From Klebsormidium nitens (lineage: Eukaryota > Plantae > Klebsormidiophyceae), in NCBI GenBank assembly GCA_000708835.1, contig DF237057.1, positions 129,647 through 193,646 of the forward strand: a stretch of DNA of 64,000 bases, read 5' to 3'. The notes beneath the pieces are model-generated. The model searched no databases. It was not told where the DNA came from and saw only the letters and a list, made by a program, of their open reading frames with translations. A program made the translations under genes and the position numbers. Of the stretch, positions 33,901-46,437 are shown in pieces (position 1 is the first letter of the stretch; each line of letters starts with the position of its first letter).

Positions 33901-36201
33901 AGATCCGGAATGTCCTGAGATCGGGAACCTGAGATCAAGTTCTGGATCCTATTCTCCATACCCGCCCTCCCGGGTGGGGCTTTGGTTACCAACAATACAT
34001 GTATTCGCTTTGATGCACATGCATGCAACAATTGCAGGATGTGTCAACTAGACGCTGCCTAATCTGACTTTCACACAATAGGAGTATCTTTTGACAGAAC
34101 GTCGACGAAACCAACGAAATAGGCTTTCCGTATGTGTGATGGAACCAGCCAGGCATGACTTGAGAGAAAAGGATCGGCGCTGGTGGGAGAAGATTCGAAG
34201 GCCTCACTTTGACGAACTGCTTGAGCTTCGTGCGCAACTTGACTGCACAATTGGAAGAATATGTTAATGAGGTGTCCTTCTCGCTATTATACCTCTTACA
34301 ATAAGACCACTCTGCAATTGTGATCACCTTCGCAATGACAACAACAGTACTTGCTTAGTATACGAATATTGATCCGTCAAAAAACCATGTTAGCCATGAA
34401 CCAACTGGTTGCAATCTTTAGTAACTTCAGCAGTACGTTAGCGATCAGTACAACACTTTCGATGTTAACTTCCACAGGTTTGAAATGATGCCTGCTTTGT
34501 TGACTCAAGAGGGATGTTTGGGAGCTTCACTGCACCAGCTTGCACTTTCGCTGACAATAAAACGTGATTATAAGGATCAGGCCCACAGTGCCGTCTAGTG
34601 AACTAACATTTCCTGGTTGTTAGAACTGAGCACAGAGAATAGGCCCCTTGGAGTCTCACCAAGGTACTCCCCTCGCTGGATCCTCTCTGTCAAGTTGGCA
34701 GCTTGTGCAGACTCCGGGACCACAATTTGGGGCAGAACAGCCGCCTGTGGGGACAAGAACTTAAGGGATTGGCACAACTTCAAAAAGTCCGTGACTTTTC
34801 ACAAGTACCCGGATGCCTTCTTGTGTTGCCCCGTTTGGCACACGACATCTACATATCTCAAGTTTGCTTGAAAAGTTATAAGACAGAAAGAAGGTCAAGG
34901 GTAAACCTCTTGGCGAACATTTTCAATTCCCAGGCCCTTGGACCGTGCTTAAAATAGTGATAAGGCAACCATGGAGCAAGGAGGTAGAACTGTCTTACAG
35001 CAGCCGCAGCGGCAGAGGCCCCTAGTAGAAGATGCCTCCTGCTGCCTGCAACTTGACTGTTGCCTTCTGCTCCAACTTGGCAGCGTGCCCTGGGAACCTG
35101 GAAAAGAAGCAGGGGATTTGTATTGATTCACAAGTCGGCTCTTAAAATTTATGCCCAAAAATGTAAGACCTTTTGACCAGAATGCAAAACTTTGGTTTCC
35201 TTATTGTGCAACCAGAACTTCGACACTTCTCCAGCCCAGTACAGCCCCAGGTCTACTTTGGATATCCAGGTATGCATTTGAATGGAGAATGGAGCACAAG
35301 GCCTCTTGCACAGAGCTCGTCAAGCAACGTTTATCAAAAGCCCCAATAGTCCTCTGCATCATGTCACTCTCTCCTTTTCTATAATCCGCAACAGTCGCTA
35401 GTCGTTTGATTAAGCAGCCACAAAGACCACTCCTAACTTGCCCAAGAAGCCCGGCGAAATGCGGCAACTGCCATTTATGCTTCTCATCTTTTATCAAGAA
35501 TAAAACATTCTTGGCCTCCAAAGTGCATGTGGTGCTGTTACTTGTTTGCGCCAGCATTCCACTTGCTACTGGAAGTGATACATTACTGTGCAATCCTCAC
35601 CCCGCACGAAACAGAGAAGCAAAATCGCACTTCAATATATGCAAAGCTGTTCCTGATAATCACTTGCAGCTGTTTGTGAGGATGAATTCCATAATTCATT
35701 GTTGGTCAGAATGTCATTCAACATGCATTAGCCCCTTGCATCAGCTTTCCAAGCAAGCTCTTTGCTGTGCTCAACGAGTCTGCACAACTATCAGCATAGG
35801 AGACCTGATTGCTGTGCAGCCTCCTGCACCGCTTGAAAGACATTCCAACGACTTCAAGCCGTGCATGCGGCAGGCGTTAAAATCTGGTTTCTCGAACGAC
35901 ACTCCTGGCTGAGTGCAAAGCCTTCACCTGTCACTCCAACCAACAATATCCACCTTACCACTCCCAATTTGCGTGCATGCAGCTGCAAGAAGTTTCTAAG
36001 CAGAATCCTGTCAGCAAATATGGATTGAAGACACAACTCTTAGCTTCATCACCGCACCTTCGCAACATTCTTCCTGTTCAAGGCTGGAAGTGGCACAGCA
36101 GCCCCTAAAACAGAGCTGGAGCTGCTCCTCAGCTTTTGTCCCTGGAACAGACTGGAAGACAAGGGAGTGGTGGCACGGGAGAGGGCTGCGGTGGTCGCCA
36201 T
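30929..36201 (-). CDS. TL29: Thylakoid lumen 29 kDa protein TL29 (APX4, ascorbate-peroxidase-like), 362 aa, 9 exons
   Basis: Exons (minus strand): 36201-36058, 35097-34999, 34744-34660, 34242-34208, 33620-33555, 33373-33199, 32226-31985, 31506-31372, 31036-30929. Transit peptide, then twin-arginine SRRHLLL, then an AxA cleavage site (SAQA|ANL). Conserved LALHDAGTYDK-ASDTGGANGSI, AFGSAGQWGFFDKKLGRKDA, LGPDQAATE and QKSRQTVSQTDYQVD..FTKLS match plant TL29 as I recall it. Confidence 0.93.
32227..32660 (-). repeat. Three intronic copies (~140-bp period) of the TL29 exon 7 acceptor/start
   Basis: On the minus strand, cgcag|gcgaggctgccctccagacccagttttt (true, 32226) has copies at 32367, 32507 and ~32642 (AG mutated in the last). 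Confidence 0.85.
33666..33972. mobile_element. ~305-bp foldback/MITE-like element in a TL29 intron
   Basis: gggagggcgggcatggagaataggatccagaattcctgatctcagg (33667-33712) is a near-perfect inverted repeat of cctgagatcaagttctggatcctattctccatacccgccctccc (33928-33971). No clear TSD. Confidence 0.75.
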
Positions 36202-36293
36202 TTTGCCAATGCACTGCCGCTGTGCTGAAGCAATCCAGGCAATGAGCAGAGGAAAGATGGAGCAATGTGCAGAGAATCCTTTGGGCTCTGTTT

Positions 36294-36399
36294 NNNNNNN
36301 NNNNNNNNNNNNNNNNNNNNNNNNNNNNNNNNNNNNNNNNNNNNNNNNNNNNNNNNNNNNNNNNNNNNNNNNNNNNNNNNNNNNNNNNNNNNNNNNNNN
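36294..36399. other. Assembly gap (106 N) in the TL29/CCCH divergent promoter; a second gap of 20 N lies at 26842-26861
   Basis: Runs of n in the sequence. Confidence 1.
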
Positions 36400-36643
36400 T
36401 TGTTGTTCTATCCACGATCGACGGTCTTTGGTGCAGGCAAAGAATACTGATTGTCGACCGTTGATCGTGCAGTTGAATCGAGGGCTCGGAGTCACTCGGA
36501 GCTGACAGCGTAGCTTCTTTCCGCCCGTTTCTAAACCGGAAGCCGGAACCAAGTGCCGGACGGAACTGGCGGAACTCTGCAGCGGCGAATTCTCTCTGCT
36601 CCACCAGTGCACTGCTGGTGGTTGCTCATTTATTGCTTGTAAA

Positions 36644-39600
36644 ATGGCGGCGCCTGGCGGCCCTCCAGCCTTCAGAGGTCCCCCTCCAGGTGCAATGGAA
36701 GGTGGAGCGAGGCCACCCCCGGCAGGAATGCAGAGTGGCGGCCTGCCCCCAAACGGGCCGTACGGGAGAATTCCCAGTTTTGGAAGCGAGGGCGAACCCC
36801 CGATGAAGAGGATGCGGGATGGGAATGGGCCGCCACAGCCGATGTGGGGGGGTCCCGGTGGCCCTGGGCCGCGGCCCCCAATGCAGGATCCCGGGAAGGA
36901 CCGAAGCATGGCGTCGGTGTTCTACAAGACGAGGATGTGCAAGAACTTGGCGTTTCCGGGGGGGTGTCCATACCACGAGAAGTGCAACTATGCGCACTCA
37001 GAGGAGGAGCTGCGAACGCTGCCGCCAGAGTATGCTGGTGAGTTACGAGCAGCATGTCGGCGGCTTATGTCTCTGCCACCAATCTGTTTGTTTCCTGCGG
37101 TGGTACTTTCATTAAATTGCGCCTGCCTTGCTTCGTTGTGTCCAATTGATCTCAGGTGCCACTGCATCGTCGCTGCCAAAAAATGAAGAGGTTCTGGAAG
37201 AGGCGTCATTCAAATCGCGTCAGTTCAGACTGACACGTTTGGCTGCAGACAATACCGGTATATTGCCAAGCTAACGGGAAAAGGCATATGTTGAGATGGT
37301 GTGCAGAAGCGGCAAACGGGTCATGTTAAACTCCGTTCGCTTTGATAGCTTTGTGAAGCAAGACCCTTCGGAAGCACTGCAGCAGCTTGTCAATGGAGCA
37401 CCCAGCAACTGTTTTAGCCCTATAATGCAAATGGAGGGTACTCTCATTTTCAGAGAGTGTGTTGCCTGACTTGTCCTCAGAGCTTGCTCAGGGTAAAGTT
37501 GTGCAGCTGCGACGAATTTAAGGGCGGGAAGGAGTGAACTGTCCAATCACTTCTCCTAGGATCAGTTTGGGCCAACTATCAATCAAAGTTTTGCCACCAC
37601 ACACCTTAGAATCTAGCGTTTTCTCGACTATATTTATTACCCCATGTCCTAACTCAAGTAAGACAAGTCAAGAAAGGTATATTTTGCTCTGCCCCACTTC
37701 AGACAGGGAGGACTCATTCCCACCGCCCCGTCCTGCAGCCGCCGTAGAGGGCGAGGCAATCGAGGTTAAAAAGCACCGTCCGTGCAAGATGTTCTTCGCG
37801 ACGGGCGCCTGCCAATACGGCGACAAGTGTTACTTCTCTCACGACGACACTCTGCGCCCCCCTCCAGATGGCCCTCCCGAGCGCCCCCCGCTGCAAGGGC
37901 CGCCTCCCGGGGGGGCAAATTTCGAGCCAGACGGACCCCCCGGGCCAGGACCGGGCCCGCCGCACGAGGGTTTCGGGGGGTTTGGGGGGCCGCCGACGAG
38001 GCCGCCACCCGCGACACCGAAACCGCCGAACTGGAAGACGAAGATCTGCACCTCCTGGGATCGGCACGGGAGTTGCAGTTACGGGGATCGATGCGGGTTT
38101 GCTCACGGGCCGCACGGTAAGGGATTGAATACCCATTAATTTGCTGACAGGCCTTTGGATATCATTCATTTACTTAATCTAGCAACTCCGAGGCAGATGG
38201 TCTGAGAAGTGAAATATTTAGAGAGCTGAGCGTTCAAAGAATAAAAAGTATGAGGGCGGTGATGTTCTTTCCATGGGCCGTCTTACACACTGATTAGATG
38301 TGTTTCAAGCAGAATTGAAAAACCGAAACATCGCTTCAAGGATTGCATTAGCGCGCCATTGGCCAGTCTTTGCAAATTTTGAGGTATTTCGCTGGATGCT
38401 CGTTCTTATCTTCCCCTGTCACCTCGGAGATGGGGTACGAAGCACCGCCAAACACGTAGAAGATTCTTTGCTGCCGTCTCCTCAACACGCTTCGCTTGGA
38501 CACTGTCATTGTGTGACCGACCTTACGGAACGAATCATCAATCACCATAAAGCATCTTGTTGACACCACGTTCTTTTTCGCAGAAAAGTTCAAGTCCTAT
38601 GAACGAGAAGCCTTTTGAGTTGTGTCAAGCGTGAAAACGGGTGGAGTTGCCCCGGGGTTTAGGGCGGGTTCGGTTTTGGAGCGCATGCAAATTTCCGGTT
38701 AGGGTCTTTGTTTCAATTCTCCCTTCTTGTACATGTAATTTTTTATTCGTTGAATGAAGACTTTTTCCTTGCAGAGCTGAGAGCTTACGGTCCTGTGGTT
38801 GAGGATGCGATCAAGCCTGGTCCAGGCCCGGCGTTTCATGGTGGGGGGCCGCCTTTTCCTGGCGGTGGACCCCCCCCTTTCGGTGGCCCGCCTGGGCCGA
38901 GGCCGAACGGCTTTCCGCAGGAAGAGCCAGGTGCGTTGGGTTGCTTTTGGTGGCAGTTGTTCTCCCGGTAACTCTCCAGAATAGTCTTAGTATGCTCAAG
39001 TCAAAGTAGGAACGAAGCGAACACTAAAACACAAACTCGTCAGTCACCGGCTTCTCACTCATGACCACCCTAACCACCTTCCTAACCCTACCCGTTCCAG
39101 TACTATGGTTTGACCTTTTCTAGAGACCCATACTTTTTCGGCTGCCGATATTAATCGATAGACTGACTTGAGTTTCGTAAATGCTCTGGGGGTTCTTCTA
39201 GTGCATATTTAAACTGTCTTAGGAGCGTTTCCTTTCGTTGCTTGTCTCCTGTGAACTTTCGATGGTCACAGTCCTTGCATAGCAGAAGGAATAACATCGA
39301 AGAGCCGTCCTTATGACGACTTCAAACTTGAGGCACATATTCGTCGTAAAGGAGACCTCATACTGAGAACGACAAAATGCGGAAGGAGCGCTGTCCCCAT
39401 CTCCAAGTGCAAATCTTGCGTACGCTGAAAGATTTTGCATTTCAAACCCGGATGTCAGTTGACGGGTATTGCAAAAAAAAGCCCTCCGGTAGATCTGATT
39501 GTAAGCTCTTGACACTCTTTAGGTGCTCGCTCTGCCCAGGTCTGGTTTGGATCTCGCAACTCGGGTAGCAAATTGCAATGGTATGTCCAGCGCAGTAAGC

Positions 39601-40545
39601 CTCTAAGCCTCTAACCCGAAACCACTACTAGAGTAGTATGGACACCCAACTACCAATCGTCGCCTTTCCCCCTCCTCCCAGACAAAGCCCTGGCTCTAGC
39701 CTCACGCAAGGACACTTGTCAAGATTGACGCTAAGGTTTCATCAGCTCTCGAAAGCACCCCGCTTTCACTCTGCCCCCCAAGGGAATGAACTGCCTCTCG
39801 CCTCCGGAAAGGTTCCGCTTGCCTGTTAGTCTTTAACCAGCTCCCCTACATAGTCCGACCGAACTCGGACGATAACCTTCTGCAGGCAGAAACCCGGTTT
39901 TCTGACCCCTGATCCGACTTCAAGAGTGTCAAAGCAGCGTTCCCTCAAACTCCACTTACGCTTTTGACACCGTTTGCTTCAGGCAAGGACTCGGGCCTGG
40001 GCCCCGGCATGGACTCTGCCCGATCCGACGGCTCCAACGGCGCCTTCGAATCCGGTCCGCTCGTCCTGACCGTCGATCTAGACCTCATCCACGGCGACTC
40101 CATCTTTGAAGAAGACCTGGAAGACGAATCCTTCAAACCGGGCGACCCCGGGGAAAAGAACGCCCGCCCGGGGGGCGAAAACGAGCCCGGCCCGACCCCC
40201 TCGAACCAGAACCGGCCGCCGGACATGCCGCGCCGCGACGGGTTTGACGGGTTTAGGGGCCCACCCGACGGGATGCCCCCCGGGCCGTGGATGCACCGGC
40301 CGCCATTCTTCCGGGGGGGTCCCGGCTGGGGCGAAGGCCCCCCCCGAGGATTTCCGCCGTTTGGGCCGAGAGGCCCCGGGTTCCATTTCGGGGGGCCCGG
40401 AGACTTTGGCCCGCCGCCGGAGGCGTTTTACGGGGGGTTCGGACCGAGGGGACCGCCGCCGAACTTTGAGGGGGGGCCGCCAAGGGGATGGGGTGCTCGG
40501 GGGAGGGGCCCTGGGCAATTTGAGATGGAGCAACCGGCGGGGTGA
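36644..40545 (+). CDS. Three-CCCH zinc-finger, Pro/Gly-rich RNA-binding protein, 4 exons
   Basis: Exons 36644-37037, 37739-38116, 38775-38930 and 39983-40545, in phase. C-x8-C-x5-C-x3-H type fingers: KTRMCKNLAFPGGCPYHEKCNYAH, CKMFFATGACQYGDKCYFSH and NWKTKICTSWDRHGSCSYGDRCGFAHGPH|ELR. Confidence 0.9.
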
Positions 40546-42347
40546 AGTTGCATGGGGAGCATGGATTTCAGATTTGATTGTTTGCAATGAAACGCTTTAT
40601 GGGGCGATCCGGAACGGGATTGGAGAGCGTTGGGGGGGAATCCTGATAGCGGTATCCAGTGTGCACTGAAGCTTCAAGGTTCGTGGGATCTCGCAGGAGA
40701 CCTGAAGAGACGCGCAAGAGTACCGTAGAGTGGACGTTGTAGGGACGCTCTCGAAATTCGTGCAAGTCAGTCTACACCACACCTGTTTCATTAAGTTCTG
40801 TGTCACTGAAATATCTCATTACATAGTGAACGTCGGTACTGCATGCTGCTACTCTGCCAATCTGGTTCAATCATGCATATCTATGCGCGTCCGCGCGCTG
40901 ACCGCAGTTGGTCGTTTTGGGACACGTTTACATATGGGCAGCCCGTACGGGACCTGCTTTCGAGCACTGCATACCCGGCGAGTTGTTTAGATTATGACGC
41001 GTGACAAGAACGCCTGCCAACTATCACTATCTATGTCGCGCTCGCGCCGCCGCTTCAGGCTGATACAGGCAATTCGTGCAGATTGGTTGACGTTTGGAAC
41101 TTAGTCTGTCGCATAGCCCGGCACGCGCGATCCATGCGTACAAGCACTTTTTTTGGGGTACTCTTTGATATGGGCCTAGCCATGCTTTCAATGCAAAGAG
41201 TCATGCAGCAAAGTGTCTGCTCCACATGCATGAGGTAAAATAGCCTCTCCGCCCGCACGGCTATGCTTTCAGATGCGGCCGCCAACATGCTGCGACTTGG
41301 AATGATTGAAAGACTCACCTGACGGTATATCACCTCAATTTGCTTAAAGATCCGATCGCAATTCGGAGGACCTGTCCTACCTCAGGCGACCAGATTACCA
41401 CCCATCAGGGCCAGCTTGGTCGCCGAGACAACTTTGAAGACGGATTTTGAGCCGTCAAAAGCAGATGTTCCCACAGCACTTAGATGCACGAGTTCACCTT
41501 GATCTGACGCTCTCTTTAACGCCTGTATTGCTTAGTGGGCGAGTCGCAATCGACATCGTCACCGCACTCCATGCAATTCTTCAAGGGCAGCGGCTGCGCT
41601 CTTGAACCTTGCGTTCGCAACTTTCAAAGATCGAGGCGCTGGCTAGCTGAGACCGACTCGTGTATGCGCGCGAGCGGAGGTGACGATGCCTTGTCCGTAT
41701 AGTTCCAAGGACAGACCAACGCATCGGATCATCAGCCGGGCTATGAAAGGAAATTCATCAGCGGACTCGTGTGATAGTCTGCCATTGACCGAGTCTCGCT
41801 TGAAGCGGAGACACTTGAAGTCCGGCAGGTTTGCTTCGAATATGCTGTAATAAAGATTAGTGTGCGGTGCCGGTCTGTCGTTGGGTGCATGTCTCATGCA
41901 CGTTACGGTTCGCAATCTTTCATGCAATGCAAGGAAGCCAACAGAATGCTTAGACGCACACGTGCCCACCTCAACAATAACGCAGAAATCAAGACGACCT
42001 GGGCCGGGGCAGCTTTTCGCGATTCTGAAACGACCATTTTCCCCTAAAAAGACCGGATTGTCCTCCTTGAGATTCAAAACCACATTTTTAAAAGTAGGAA
42101 TGCTCCTTTCGTGCCGGATAACCTGGAGCAGCGACACCTCAAAGCAGCGCAGTTGCATGGCTGCAGATTAGGGAAAAAGTCCAAGCGGCGCTTCTTCTCC
42201 ACCGATACAAGCACCTTTTCAGTAGGCACTTTCGACGCTCAGAAAACGTCGTCTTTCCGCACCCGCTCCTTCCCATGAGAGCACCATTCCTCTATACGCA
42301 AAGTAGCATCAAAGCTTTATCTCTTAGGGGAAAATATACCTGAAGCG

Positions 42348-45300
42348 ATGGCGGAAGCTGCGCAAGGCAAGTCAGACGCGCCCGAGGCTCACGAATCGGG
42401 GGCAGCAACCGAGCGTCAACCTGAGCCAGAAGTACCCACCGAGAAGGACCAACCGCCCCAGCAGCAGGAGACGGCGCCTGGAGAAGGGGACGCTCCTCGC
42501 CCGGAGACATCACCGGCGCAGCCTCAGGAGCAGCAGGGGGGAGAAAGCGGGCAGGATCAGCCCCCCCCGCAGGATTCTGAGCAGCCGGGGGGAAAACCCG
42601 GGCAGGAACAGACCCCCCCGGAACAGGCGACGCAGAATGCCCAGCCTGGGGGACAGACCGCGCAAGAGACGTCCCCCCCGGGACAGGCGCCGCAGACCCT
42701 CGCGCAGCCGGGGGGACAATCCGCGCAGGGAATGCCCCCCCCGGGACAGGCGCCGCACGTTTCCGCGCAGTCGGGGGGACAGACCGCGCAGGAAACGCCC
42801 CCCCCGGGACAGGCGCCGCAAACCTCTGAGCGGCCGTGGGATCAGACCGGACAAGAGCAGCAGGCCCTGGGGCAACGAACCGGGGAACAGGCCCCCGAGA
42901 AAATAGAAGCGCAAGCTGGTGGGGGGGAAGAAGCTGCGGGGAAAGCGGCGGGGGGAACCGGGGGAGAAGCGCAGTGGGACGGGGGGCGCGTCGTATTCCA
43001 CCACCCATTCACGCGGTCGACCCGGGTGGTGTTCCTGCTGGAGCAACTGGGGCTGCCGTACAAAGTGAGGCGATGAAAATGTTGATTGTGAATGCACTTG
43101 ATGTAATGAATAGAACTGTTGACCTTTTAACCCGCGTTGCTTTAGACCCTGCTAAGGTCTCAGAAAGTCGAGCGTTGTTCTTTGTTGATGGCTGCCAAAC
43201 TTCGGTTGATGTCGCTGCAAGAAAGAGCCTGGCAGAAAGCTACGGGTTTTGTTCTCTTTCTGTGTGATATTGCCTGCATGTGCAGGCAGCGTAAGCAGTG
43301 TGGAAGATTTGCTATTCCTCGCATGGCAGGACTTTCCGACCTTAAAAACAGGCCGCTCGTGTTTTCTAGTTTTTTCTTCAGGTCTCACAACCAGCTGGAA
43401 TTGCATGAACAGGCATATGCAGTACCCTTTTGTCCTTTGGTCGGACGCGTCATTGTGTGCGCGAGTGATCGCAACACATGCGCGCCCTTTTTTCGCGCAT
43501 TGAGACACGTCAGCTGTCCTGTCCGTCTCTTTCGACATAAGCAGACTCCGCTGAAGCAAATTAAACGGTTTTACATCTTTCTCAGCCCGGATTTCTGGGC
43601 AAGTAAGTTGAAGTCATCGAAAAGTATGCCAATCTGCTTGACTAAAATAATCTGTTTGTCAGCACGTGGACAAAAGTCTGAAGTTTTTAGACCCTGACCC
43701 GCTTCGCCGTTCGACCCTTGCTCGCCACTCTCAGCGCGTGCTTTCGATGAGAACTTTAGCCCAGCGAACACTAACCACTTCAGTTATTGGCAGATCCTTT
43801 TTCTTCTTCAGCGCGTGTACGTGGACAAAAACCTGAAGCCCATCGGGCCGCCCGGCTCCTTCCCCGACCTGAAGCTGCGCGCGCTGCCGACCCTGCTGGA
43901 CAATGACGTCATCATCACGGAATCCAGTGAGCGCAACTCCTAGAGCAATCTGATGCCAGCGTTGTGTGATTTGGACGGTTAGTAGCACGCGTTGGATAAC
44001 TCTGTGGCGATCGTAAGCGGAAAAAGGGAGCCTCCCTCTGCTAGTCGCTGATCTCTTGTACCAGCTAGCGAAGTGCTTTTCGTCCATTCCTCTTTTACCG
44101 GGCCACATCGAAGCAGACTTCCGTTCAACCAGAAGTGTCGCTAACCCTTACCGGTCGACACCCTCGAATCCTGATGGAAAACGAAGATGTAGAGAGTTAG
44201 AAACTCACCCACATACGCTCTTCGTTAACTTCCTTAACGCTGATCTCCAGACGCCAGATCAAGACGTACCCTTTAGAGAACCAGAAGTAAAACCACCCCC
44301 ATCTTACCCGGATAATTGTACCCTAAAAACTCTCTGATTTCAAGGTTGATCAACCCTTTCTCGTCGCCATTTGGAGTTACCTGCTGGAGAAATAGAGTCC
44401 GTCCAATCCCCTTTTCTCCGAGTACGTAAACCTAGAAACCTTTCCTTACCCCGGCTGCGTCAACCAAGAATCTTCATTAACTCCGATTTGCTAACCCTCC
44501 CTAGTTGCAATCATGGAGCACCAGTGCTACAGCAGTACAATCCATTCGCTTCCCTTGTTACCCGGATTCACGAAAGCGCTCTAATCTCAAGTATCGCTAA
44601 TCTTCTCTAGTCGCCATCATGAAGTGCTGTTGAAGAACAACAGTCCAAAACCTTTCTTTACCCTGATACTTGATACGCCTAACCCAAGGACCTCTCTGAT
44701 TCTAGCTTCCGGTAGTCCGTCTCTCGGGTCCCGATCATGGCGGGTCTGCAAGAACCACTCTTTAAACAGTCAGCCCCATTCGCTAAACGCTCAGCCTGGC
44801 TTTCCTTAATCCAGTTTCCGTTAACCCTCTTCAGTCGCGTTCATGGAGTACCAGCTCGAGCAATACAACCCGTTCGCTTCCCCCCTTACGTTCTTCCAGA
44901 AACCCTGCTAACCGAGTTTCCGCTAACCCTCTGTAGTCGCGATCATGGAGTACCTGCTGGAGCAGTACGACCCGGAGCATACGCTATCCCCCCCGCACGC
45001 GGACAAGGCGGCACGTGCCCAATTCTTACAGTGGCTGGTTTGGGCGGAGGCGTCGCTGACCATTCCGGTCGTGGGCTACGTGGTCAACATCGTTCTGCTG
45101 CCGGAAGAGAAGCGGAACCAGAAGCTGGCGGACGCGTGAGTCCCTCGATTTTGTCTCTCAGAAAATATGAATGGGTATCTCTGTGCTGCCGAAAGGGAAG
45201 TGGAACCAGATGCTGGCGTCCCTCGATCTAGTCTCCCTGTCTTGATGTTTGAATGTTGCGCGCCACGCCCCTTTTTACGAGCTTCCAAAGTAGAGGAAGT

Positions 45301-46364
45301 CGAGAATCGTTTACTTGCGGGACGAAACACGGAAGCAGAGGGACCGCGAGAACCCTCCTATCTAGTTTTCTTGTCTCGAGGCCCACGTGATGGTGACAAT
45401 CTTCATTATGCACAATCTGTGGGGCGGAGTCATCTGAAAAAGCTTCCAAGTTCAGGTCTTTGGAGATCGAGGGCCCGAAGACTTGACTCGTACCATTTTT
45501 TGAGAAGCAGATATCAAAGTTACAGATATTTCGGTGGTTTACGGACAATCTGTGGTGGTTGCAAGTAGGAAGACGCGCGTAGAAAAGGTAGACAGCGTCA
45601 GAAGTCTCCTTTACGCAGGTTCAAGCGGACGGCGCTGGAGGAGCTGGGCGTGCTGGAGGCCGCGCTCGCGGGCAAAACGCGCGGCATCGTGGGCGACTCC
45701 TTTTCCGCCGCGGACATCAGGTGAAGTGTCCAAGCACGCAACGGAATTTCTTCATTCTAGGAAGGGTTCTTCCTTTGTCCCTGACGTTTTTGGAATCGCT
45801 AGGGTTGGAATAAGGGGACACGGCTTACATTGGTTCTTGTATTGTTCACAGTCTTGCTTGCACGCCTCTAAGAAACTTGGTACTTTGCTCCGTTAGGATA
45901 ACCCTGACTTGAGCTCCTTCTTCCGTGAGGGTTCTTGAAAACCGCCTTTTTCTGATAGATCACGTCATTTGAGCTAAGAAGCCAGCCGTTTGTATTGTAT
46001 GGCATGCTCTCTGTCGTGAGTTCAGGCTGACGTTGCGCACTCACATCCAATGACCGTTGATCGGAAAGAAGTCTTAAAAGGTTACTGCCGAAAGTCGTCG
46101 TTCATCCATCTCAGCTTCTAGTCCTCGAAGCGAAAAAGGCACTTCAAGTCCGGGGCAAGTTGAAGCCCCGGTGTTGATCGGCTTTAGGAACGATGCTGAC
46201 GTTTTTGTTCCGTTTCCGTTCCGTTGTCCAGCCTGCATTACCCCATCTTCCTGGCGGCGGAACACGCGCAGCTCGTCACGCCGGAATGGTACCCGAACAT
46301 CGCCACGTGGTACGCGGAGTCCAAGAAGCTGCCCGCGAGGGAGAAAGCGTTTGCCAGCATGTGA
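42348..46364 (+). CDS. Glutathione S-transferase (GTT1/bacterial-like) with long Q/P/G-rich N-terminal extension, 5 exons
   Basis: Exons 42348-43064, 43812-43926, 44937-45135, 45619-45720 and 46232-46364. GST motifs: HHPFTRSTRVVFLLEQLGLPY, LPTLLDNDVIITES|IAIMEYLLEQY, QWLVWAEASL, GDSFSAADIS and YPNIATWY. Confidence 0.9.
42580..42900 (+). repeat. Coding tandem repeat, ~63 nt / 21 aa (QPGGQTAQETSPPGQAPQTLA), 3 good plus 2 degenerate units
   Basis: Repeated ggggggaca.accgcgca....cccccccgggacaggcgccgca. Confidence 0.85.
44355..44936 (+). repeat. Five intronic copies (~100-140 bp period) of GST exon 3 branch point/acceptor/start
   Basis: Acceptor-equivalent positions ~44363, 44504, 44610, ~44728, 44834 and 44936 (true). 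Motif (c)gctaaccct...ag|tcgc.atcatggag. Confidence 0.85.
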
Positions 46365-46376
46365 GGCGGGATGCGT

Positions 46377-46437
46377 GCCGGAATGAGCGGACAGAGCGGA
46401 ATGAGCGGACGTGCGAAATGAGCGGAATGAGCCGGAC
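46377..46437 (+). repeat. Short imperfect tandem repeat (gcggaatga) just after the GST stop
   Basis: ggaatgagcgg recurs 3-4 times. Confidence 0.6.
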
